From Planctomycetota bacterium (GTDB taxonomy: Bacteria > Planctomycetota > SZUA-567 > H5-PLA8), in contig BTVV01000144.1 in NCBI GenBank assembly GCA_045863855.1, forward strand, positions 1 to 14,420: DNA of 14,420 bases. Direction: 5' to 3'. Positions 1-6,998 of this stretch are shown here, one piece after another (the stretch's first letter is position 1; each line of letters starts with the position of its first letter). A program made the translations under genes and the position numbers. The notes below the pieces were generated by a model that made no database searches, was not told where the DNA came from, and saw nothing but the letters and a program-made list of their open reading frames with translations.

Positions 1-601
1 GGCAAGACAATGTCTTGCCATTATCGGGTGAATACAGCGTTCCGGGGAAAGGGACGTTGCTGACACTGAAATGCACCAGGATGTGAGACCCTACCTTATA
101 CAGGTCGCGACTATGCTGTTGCTCCTTATGAATGGTCTTGATGGTCCAGGCTCCTTCGGAACTTTTACGGAAAAATTTCATCCCGCCGTTCATCTGGTCG
201 GTGCTGGTGACGTATAATTCGCCATCGAAGACACGCATGTGAGCCATGCATTCCTCGGGAAATTCAATGGGCTTTCCGGCGGCGTTTCGATCCACGGCAA
301 ATAGTTCGGTCTGGGTATCGAAATACAGCATATAATTGTTTATTCGGTTGTTAGTGCTACCGTGGCCAATGTAAATGCGCTCCTGGAAAATCTGCAGGTC
401 GTAAGTCCACTGCTTGCCGCTTGGTACAATCATGTTCCCCCCGGATTTCTCGACCTTGTTCCAGGTTTCGCCGTACAGGTCGGGGAGCGGCGTCGGGAAA
501 AATTCAACTTTCTCACTGACATCGATCCACTGGCTGGCGGCATGAGCCGGGACAGATATAGAAAAGCAAACCAGGCACAGGACGGTAACGGTTCGATGCA
601 T
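1..601 (-). CDS. Secreted hypothetical protein, probable beta-propeller with Asp-box (BNR-like) motif; 3' end runs off the window
   Basis: Hand translation from ATG at 601 (AAGGGGA upstream) is open to position 1: MHRTVTVLCLVCFSISVPAHAASQW...DLQIFQERIYIGHG...HMRVFDGELYVT...LYSPDNGKT. It has a signal peptide with AHA|A cleavage, repeated beta-blade-like segments and an SxDxGxT motif. It is absent from the ORF track because no stop codon falls in the window. Confidence 0.8.
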   Translation of the reverse strand, partial: MHRTVTVLCLVCFSISVPAHAASQWIDVSEKVEFFPTPLPDLYGETWNKVEKSGGNMIVPSGKQWTYDLQIFQERIYIGHGSTNNRINNYMLYFDTQTELFAVDRNAAGKPIEFPEECMAHMRVFDGELYVTSTDQMNGGMKFFRKSSEGAWTIKTIHKEQQHSRDLYKVGSHILVHFSVSNVPFPGTLYSPDNGKTLSC

Positions 602-706
602 TTGAGGGAATCCCCTTGAGCAGTTTACAGGTACTCCTACTTTAGGTGCGTAGTGTCGGTCAAGTTTGGCACGTTGGTTCCAGGTAAGGGCTTCAGGGCA
701 AAGTCA

Positions 707-3373
707 CTACTCAAACTTCAACACGCCGAAATCCTCTGGCGTATGAAACCCACCCGGGCCGTATACAAAGGTCCACATCTGGCGGCCGGGGCGCGAGCGG
801 CAGAAATTGGCCGCCCACAGGTCGCCTTTCTTGATGGGGTCATGGGTCAGGCTGCTGAGCGGAATCGCGGCTTCCATGATCCAGACGTGTTTGTCGATGG
901 TGGTCTTGACCTCCCAACCCGAATCCCACACTTCGGCGGGCTTGCCGCTGTATTTGTCCCAAGTGGCGCCCATGATGCCTGCGACGAGTTGGTAGTAATT
1001 CATCTGGTCGCCGCCAGGGGCGATGAACAATTCCACAGAAGGACCGTGCCAGATGCCGCCGGTATCGGCGCGGTCGTTTTTCTCGCGAGCCCACCACATG
1101 GGCGTGCCGTCGGCCTTGGTTGTCTTGATGGCCATTTCGTCACCCGAATGGCATTCGGCGGCGACGTACAGGAATTTGTCGTCGTAGCAGACGCGCACGC
1201 TGGTGCTGTCGGCATCGGGCACGGGCACACCCGTTTCAGGTCCCAGGTCCATCCACTTTTCGCCCAGCGCGACAAAACCGCCGGCCACCGGCGCCTTTTG
1301 CCAGCAGTCTTCGTCGAGTTTCCCATCCAGCGTCACCGGCTGTTCGGCGCGAATGGCCGTCAATTCGCGGTAGCCCGCCGCTTCCATGCGGCCTTGCTTC
1401 TTCATGCGCATGCCAATCGCGCCGGTTACGTCCTTCAGCATCGGATCCTTTTCCGGAAAAACCTCGGCCAGTGCCGCCAGCAGCGATTTCAACTTAGCGT
1501 TGACTTCTTTCAGCTCGGTGATTTTCTCCTCGCGGGTCATGCGCAGCGGGATGGTGCGGTGGCTTTCGTAGAACTGCACGAAATCGTACAGCCGCTTGTA
1601 CTGATCCGGGTTGCGCTTGCTCATTTCACGGCAAGCCAGCTTCAGCGCGCGTTCAGGATTGTAGGCCTCTGGGTTCCAGCTCTGGTCGCAGCGCGTGATG
1701 CGGTTTAGCGCGGTGCTATTTTCGCTGAAGATCCCCAGCAGGTGCTTGGCCAGTTCTGGACTGCGGCCTTCGCGGGGAATGGCAAAGTAGTCGCCGTGGC
1801 GCGCGTAGTTGTCGTATATCAGGCCCTTGCAGGCGGTCAGGCCAAAGCTTTCCATGTAACGCCGAATGCCGTCGGGCGAAAGGTCCTTGCTGAACACCTG
1901 GGGCCCGGTCCAGCACAGCGCGATGTCCTTGGGCAAGCCGCCCGCTTCCAGGATGGCCCTGGCCAGGTGACCGCCGGTAGGCGCGGCGTATTCCTGCGGA
2001 AGGTACCAGATGCGGCATCCGGGATCGATGGTCTTCGCGCGCTTATCCAGTTCGGTCAGGAAATAGACGATGGCCGGCCCGTACTTGGCAAAGCGTTCGG
2101 ACGTGTCAAACTCCGGTGGCGGCAGAAAGAAGTCTGGCAGCGCGGCGGCCAACAGTTCTCGATTGATCTTGACCGCCAAATTGCGCGAGATACCGGGTTG
2201 CATTCCCCCCCATTTGTCGGCAGGAACGCTGGTCTGGGCGAAACTTGCTGCATCGTACAAGTCAAACATCGCGGTGAGGGTACTAAAAACGTTGATCAGA
2301 TCATCTTCGTAGGTCCACCACTTGGCATTGCGATCGGTGGCCTTGGTCAGCAGTGCGCGATCTGCCTCGCTCATTCTGTCCCACAGTCGCTTTGCGGGTG
2401 ACGGCTCGGGCGCGGCGCCGGCCTTCACTACCAGATTCATCAGCGCCACCAAGTCTTTGATGTCGCCCTTGCCCAGGTTGTAGCCGCTGCGCAGCGATGC
2501 GCCGACGTCGTCGAATTTCACGCAGAAATCCTTGACCCCTGTCTTTTCAAAATGCGCGCGGAAGGCTTCACCCAGGCGATTAAGGTAGGCGTCGCTGCAA
2601 TCCAGACTGCCCCCGGGCGACCAGGTGGGAATGAACCAGCCGAAATTGCCCAATAGTTCGCCCGCCTGCTTGGACGGCGTACCCCAGCAGAAATTATCTT
2701 TGTATTGCGGCATGTAATTGCGCAGAGCCTTGCTGCCGCGCGCGGGGAAGGTCGGCCAGTCTTCCATCCACACGCCCGCGGTGTACGCCTGCTCGGCCTT
2801 GCGAATCAGCAATTGGCGCAGGGTCTGCACGGCCCAGAAATCGCCCGCCGGCTGGTTGCCGGCCAGGAGCGCGACGGCCTTTCCTTCGTGCCGCGTGATA
2901 ATCAGGCGGTAGCCTTCCTTGCCCAAACGGGCTGTGGTGTCAGGCGTGGTTTCGATGCCCAGCGCGTCCATAACGGTACCGCACAGTGGATTGCGCGCGG
3001 GATCGCCCACCATGACCACCAGGTCGGCGTCGCCGCCCGCGGGCCAGGCGTCGGCGGCCATGGGTTTAACGTCGGGGAACAGCTTGGCCAGGTCGCGCAG
3101 CGTCGAGGCGTGCGGATACTCCTTGGGGATGACCACGGCAGCCTTGTGAAATTCCAGCAGTTTGCCGGCGTACTGGACATGCCGCGGCGTCGGGATCACC
3201 GCCATTTCAAGGTTGTCGCTCATGTACGGCGCCACTACGGTGTCGATGGCCACGCCATCGGTCCAGCCAGCGGACACTTTGGCCGGCGCAAGGTCGGCTG
3301 CGCCAAGCCGAAGACCCACACAGAAACCGCAGACCATTAGCACGAGGCAGATGCGAAGAAGCCCTTTGATCAT
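707..3373 (-). CDS. Secreted GH84-like (beta-N-acetylglucosaminidase/O-GlcNAcase-type) glycoside hydrolase with GH20b-like N-domain, ~128-aa insertion and C-terminal CBM9-like domain
   Basis: 888 aa with a Sec-type N-terminus. GH20 domain-2-like segment VIPTP...EGYRL...GDFWAVQTLRQL...DWPTFPARG. GH84-type motifs KFDD (DD at 2507-2512), PQEY, WTGPQV, YDNY. C-terminal LDGKLDEDCW...YDDKFLYV...WIMEAAIP...NFCR is CBM9/DOMON-like. Confidence 0.75.
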   Translation of the reverse strand: MIKGLLRICLVLMVCGFCVGLRLGAADLAPAKVSAGWTDGVAIDTVVAPYMSDNLEMAVIPTPRHVQYAGKLLEFHKAAVVIPKEYPHASTLRDLAKLFPDVKPMAADAWPAGGDADLVVMVGDPARNPLCGTVMDALGIETTPDTTARLGKEGYRLIITRHEGKAVALLAGNQPAGDFWAVQTLRQLLIRKAEQAYTAGVWMEDWPTFPARGSKALRNYMPQYKDNFCWGTPSKQAGELLGNFGWFIPTWSPGGSLDCSDAYLNRLGEAFRAHFEKTGVKDFCVKFDDVGASLRSGYNLGKGDIKDLVALMNLVVKAGAAPEPSPAKRLWDRMSEADRALLTKATDRNAKWWTYEDDLINVFSTLTAMFDLYDAASFAQTSVPADKWGGMQPGISRNLAVKINRELLAAALPDFFLPPPEFDTSERFAKYGPAIVYFLTELDKRAKTIDPGCRIWYLPQEYAAPTGGHLARAILEAGGLPKDIALCWTGPQVFSKDLSPDGIRRYMESFGLTACKGLIYDNYARHGDYFAIPREGRSPELAKHLLGIFSENSTALNRITRCDQSWNPEAYNPERALKLACREMSKRNPDQYKRLYDFVQFYESHRTIPLRMTREEKITELKEVNAKLKSLLAALAEVFPEKDPMLKDVTGAIGMRMKKQGRMEAAGYRELTAIRAEQPVTLDGKLDEDCWQKAPVAGGFVALGEKWMDLGPETGVPVPDADSTSVRVCYDDKFLYVAAECHSGDEMAIKTTKADGTPMWWAREKNDRADTGGIWHGPSVELFIAPGGDQMNYYQLVAGIMGATWDKYSGKPAEVWDSGWEVKTTIDKHVWIMEAAIPLSSLTHDPIKKGDLWAANFCRSRPGRQMWTFVYGPGGFHTPEDFGVLKFE

Positions 3374-3402
3374 CGGGATGCTCCAGAAAGTTGAGGTCGG
3401 TG

Positions 3403-5703
3403 TTACTCGAACGTCAGGTCGCCGCAGTATTCACCCTTGAAGAGGTCCTTGGTGGATGCCAGGGGCGACCAGCTGGACAGTTCCATGCCCTTCTCGCTTT
3501 TGACGACGCGATTGCGAATGACATTGAACCCCCACGTGCGACCGGGGGCCGGTTTGTACTGCGCGTCCAGCGATTGCAGTGGCAATTTGAATTCAGCCAC
3601 CCAGTGGTCGGGGTAAGTTGCGACCTTGACTTCGAAGTTTTGTAGATGCTTGTGGCCGAAATCGTAGCTGCTGGCCTGGCCGTGGGTGGTGGTGCAGAGG
3701 AATCCGGCCCGCGATTTTTCGCCGGTGTGGTCGATGCTGAGCTGGATGAAATCGCCGTGCTGGACCTTCCATCCTGTCTTTTCGGTGTAGGGCTTGACTT
3801 CCTTGATCTTGGGCTCGTCCAAGCGCAGGCCGACGTAAAGGAACTGGTCATCGTACAGGACGCGTGCCACGGTGGCGGGCGTAGTCTTTTCGGTAAACGA
3901 GCCTTTAGTGATAAATCCGTCCAGTGCCGGTGCTTTTTCCCAGGCCGCTTCGTCCAGTTTACCGTCCAGTACAATGGTTCCGTCTAGGCGCGCGGCCTTG
4001 CCCTTTCGCATGTGGCGCTGATTTTCGACGATTTTTCGGAATGTGGCGATGCGCGCGGAGGCGGTCTTTTCAATTTCGCTCGCCAGTTTCTGGTCGGTCA
4101 AATGGGCCTTGAGCAACGGCACTTGTTTGGCAAAGAAAGCCTCTTCGTCATCGACCAGTTTGCTCAACTCGTCTGGTGTACGCTGCGCCTGGTCAGGCAC
4201 GATGGTGCGCGAATTATGCGTGCGCTTCCATTCCATGCAGGCCAGCAGTGGCGCATAGGCCGCCTTGCCTCCAAAGCGGCGTGCCCATTCACGGGCGGCC
4301 AGTTTGTTGCTCAGTTCCGGACTGTAGGCCTTCGGGTTCCAGGCCCAATCCAGGCCGGATAGGAACGCGACATATGAGGCGCGGTCGTGATTGCTACACA
4401 TCATGTGAATGTCGGTGATCTCGGCTAGGTTGGCTTCGGCCGGCGGCTGCGGGCCGGTTTCGGCGCAGGTGCTGGGCACTCCTATGGGCCAGTTGTAATA
4501 GAACAGCGCAGGCCGGCGGCCAAACGAATCGCCGTAGGCTTTGGCCTTGGCAAGATTCATGCCGTGGGAAGTGACGCCGTGGCCGGTCCAGCACAGCAGC
4601 AGATCTTCGGGCAGGCCGGCTTCTCGCGCGCTCACGACGTTAGGCTCGTCACGGATGTTCGTGCCGTGGTATTCGTGCGGACACCAATACACCGGCGCCT
4701 GGGGGGCCTTGGCGCGCACGGCTTCGCGAAAGGTCTTGAGCATGTCGGCGTGAGCCTTCCAGTATGAGTCGTACACCTTCGCATAGGAACTGTGCAGTCC
4801 GGTGGGCTGGTCGTCAAAGCTCAGGACGAAATGCCTGGCACCCGCATCGGCCCAGAAGGCGAAGGTGGAAGTGATGTTGTTCTTGAGCGTCTCGGCCGCC
4901 GAATCGCCGCCCACGCCCTTGCTCAGCGCCGTGCCCGGGTTGAAGCTCACCGCTGTTTCGCCAAAGCAATCCGTGTAGGCCTTGATTGCTGTGGCCTTCT
5001 TCTGAGCGCTGCTTGAATCTCCCTGGACGGTGCCGGTGTAGGTCCAGCCGAAATTCAGTTTCAACGGTGCGTACAGGCTCGCGTACTCGGCGGACAGACC
5101 CTTGATGCCGCGCAGTTTGAAGGCCGGGCCGTCCCGTACTTCGGCTTCGCGAACCCACACCGCGCCGTCGTCGTGGTGGCGGGATACCTGCCGCGCCGTT
5201 TGCACCGCGTAGTAGTCACCGGCGGCTTCCAGCCCGGCCAGCAGCACCACCAGCAGGTTGCCTTCGCGCGCGGTCTTGAACAGATACGACTGATCGGGAT
5301 GCCGGCCCCAGGCTTCGGGCTCGAAGGTCAGCTTGGCTTTATCTACCCATTGCCGGGCCACGCCGTTGCGCGAGGGCCCGCCCACCAACACGGCGGTGCC
5401 AACTTCAGGTAGCGCGCCCACCACCATTGGCGGTTCCGCCAGATGCAGCCATTCGGTCACAGCCTTTGCCACCCGCGGGTCGATCTTGCCGTCGGATACC
5501 AGCACGGGCTTCTCTACTTTCCATGCATGGCTGCCCATCTGCGCACTAAAAGGTGTGGGATAAATGGTGCCGTCCAGCGTGGGATCGCCAGTGGTGTCCG
5601 TTACAGCCTGCGCGGCGGGACCTTCCTCCAGACCCCAGGCTCTGCAGCCCAGGATCCAGGCGGCCAGGGCCAAGGCGAGAAATCGGCGGCGGTTGAGCGT
5701 CAT
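3403..5703 (-). CDS. Secreted (putative Tat) GH84-like glycoside hydrolase with GH20b-like N-domain and C-terminal CBM9-like domain; paralog of 707..3373
   Basis: 766 aa; AGGAG RBS upstream; NRRRFL twin-arginine signal. IYPTP...GDYYAVQTARQ...DGPAFKLRG, then motifs SFDD (4810-4815), CPHEY, WTGHGV, YNWP. C-terminal LDGKLDEAAW...YDDQFLYV...WGFNVIR. Confidence 0.78.
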   Translation of the reverse strand: MTLNRRRFLALALAAWILGCRAWGLEEGPAAQAVTDTTGDPTLDGTIYPTPFSAQMGSHAWKVEKPVLVSDGKIDPRVAKAVTEWLHLAEPPMVVGALPEVGTAVLVGGPSRNGVARQWVDKAKLTFEPEAWGRHPDQSYLFKTAREGNLLVVLLAGLEAAGDYYAVQTARQVSRHHDDGAVWVREAEVRDGPAFKLRGIKGLSAEYASLYAPLKLNFGWTYTGTVQGDSSSAQKKATAIKAYTDCFGETAVSFNPGTALSKGVGGDSAAETLKNNITSTFAFWADAGARHFVLSFDDQPTGLHSSYAKVYDSYWKAHADMLKTFREAVRAKAPQAPVYWCPHEYHGTNIRDEPNVVSAREAGLPEDLLLCWTGHGVTSHGMNLAKAKAYGDSFGRRPALFYYNWPIGVPSTCAETGPQPPAEANLAEITDIHMMCSNHDRASYVAFLSGLDWAWNPKAYSPELSNKLAAREWARRFGGKAAYAPLLACMEWKRTHNSRTIVPDQAQRTPDELSKLVDDEEAFFAKQVPLLKAHLTDQKLASEIEKTASARIATFRKIVENQRHMRKGKAARLDGTIVLDGKLDEAAWEKAPALDGFITKGSFTEKTTPATVARVLYDDQFLYVGLRLDEPKIKEVKPYTEKTGWKVQHGDFIQLSIDHTGEKSRAGFLCTTTHGQASSYDFGHKHLQNFEVKVATYPDHWVAEFKLPLQSLDAQYKPAPGRTWGFNVIRNRVVKSEKGMELSSWSPLASTKDLFKGEYCGDLTFE

Positions 5704-5738
5704 TAGGTACTCCTGAAAGGTCCATCACCAGGACTGCG

Positions 5739-5819
5739 TACACCTGTGGTACAATATGGAATCAAGGAAGTATACAATTTTGTAGAATTTAATTGTACCA
5801 TCATCCTTAAGGTGTATAC
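5739..5819. promoter_or_regulatory. Divergent promoter/operator region with nested inverted repeats (putative GntR operators)
   Basis: AT-rich gap between divergent genes. Inverted pairs TACACCT(5739-5745)/AGGTGTA(5810-5816), TGGTACAAT(5747-5755)/ATTGTACCA(5792-5800) and TACAA-TT-TTGTA(5773-5784). GTAC/GTATAC cores match GntR-family box style. Confidence 0.55.
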
Positions 5820-5861
5820 GTGTAGATGAGTCAACCATTTGCACATAAGTAGGGCAGGCGA

Positions 5862-6998
5862 ATGACCGAACAGCAGGCCCCCGGGCAGATCATACACGCA
5901 AAACTTCTGGATCGCATTCGCAACGGCACCTATGGCGAACGGCTGCCGACCATGCGCGCGCTGGCCGGCGAGTTCCAGGTCAATCTCAAGACCATCCAGA
6001 AGGTCATTGGCCGCCTGCGCGACGAGGGCTTGGTTTTAGCGCGGCAAGGGTCGGCCGTTTATGTGCGTTTGCCGGGCGAACGCACGAGCCTAAAGCGAAA
6101 ACCGCGACGCGGGCGGCCGACCGATCTGACCGGGACTAAGATCGGCTTCGTCTGCGACGGCTACGGGCGAGTGACGGGCGCGGGGCCGCATCCGTACTTT
6201 AGTGAGTTGCTGCGCGGCGCGATGGAAGCGGCGGCCGACGAGGGGCTAGATCTGAGCTTCCTGCCAACGCCGGGCTGGGGACACCTGGGTGAAGACGAGG
6301 CTTTTTTCAGGCAGCGAGTACTGGAGGCGGGGCTGCGTGGGGTGATTTCGCTGACGCCGACAGCCCGCGAGGTGGAACGGTACGTGGCGAACGGGATCCG
6401 GTTTGTGATCTGCGGGGACCATGTGAAGTTGCCTCCGATGTTGGCGAGCGCGCGAGTGCCGCGGTTGTTCCATCCCTGGGACGAAGCGGTGGGCGAAGGG
6501 GCTCGGCGGTTGATCGCGGCGCGGCACCGTCGGATCGCGTTCCTGGGACGCAAGGGGCTGGCGGGGTTCGAGGCGGCATTAGGCGCGTATGGGCTGGAGG
6601 TGCCGGCGGCATGGCGGCAGCGCGCGGCAGCGGACGCGGAGGAGACGGGGTACGTGGGTGCGCAGCGCTTGCTGGACGAACCCATCCCGCCGACGGCAAT
6701 GCTGGTGACGGACGATTTCACGTGCCGAGGCGTGCTGATGGCGCTTTTGGAGCGGCGGATCGAGACGCCGGGGTCGCTCTCGCTGCTGACCTTGGCGAAC
6801 GCGGCTTCAGACCTGCATCTGTTGCGCCCTGTGAGCACGCTGGAAGTGGACGGACGGCGTGAAGGCTGGCGGTACGTGCGGGTGCTGGCGCGTGAGCTGC
6901 GGCGCGGGCCGAAGGCTCCGTCGGAGCGGGACCGCTGGCCGCTGCCGCCGCGCTTCACAGATCGTGGCTCAATCGGGCCGCCGGGAGGCGAGGCATGA
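5862..6998 (+). CDS. GntR-family transcriptional regulator with LacI-type sugar-binding domain (AraR-like architecture)
   Basis: N-terminal wHTH RLPTMRALAGEFQVNLKTIQKVIGRLRDEGLVLARQGSAVYV. C-terminal periplasmic-binding-like fold (YFSELLRG...HRRIAFLG...PPTAMLVTDD...PGSLSL...STLEVD). Confidence 0.9.
   Translation: MTEQQAPGQIIHAKLLDRIRNGTYGERLPTMRALAGEFQVNLKTIQKVIGRLRDEGLVLARQGSAVYVRLPGERTSLKRKPRRGRPTDLTGTKIGFVCDGYGRVTGAGPHPYFSELLRGAMEAAADEGLDLSFLPTPGWGHLGEDEAFFRQRVLEAGLRGVISLTPTAREVERYVANGIRFVICGDHVKLPPMLASARVPRLFHPWDEAVGEGARRLIAARHRRIAFLGRKGLAGFEAALGAYGLEVPAAWRQRAAADAEETGYVGAQRLLDEPIPPTAMLVTDDFTCRGVLMALLERRIETPGSLSLLTLANAASDLHLLRPVSTLEVDGRREGWRYVRVLARELRRGPKAPSERDRWPLPPRFTDRGSIGPPGGEA

Noticed and set aside
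629..638. AGGTACTCCT, identical to 5705-5714
   Set aside because: A single 10-bp match that is mostly Shine-Dalgarno sequence on the minus strand; too weak to call an operator.
2108..2491. Insertion as an intein
   Set aside because: No N-terminal Cys motif, no His-Asn C-terminus and no Hint-like beta pattern.
653..3340. Long + strand ORFs (653..1708, 1742..2401, 2705..3340)
   Set aside because: They are antisense shadows of the GH84-like gene, expected in high-GC DNA, with no recognisable motifs.
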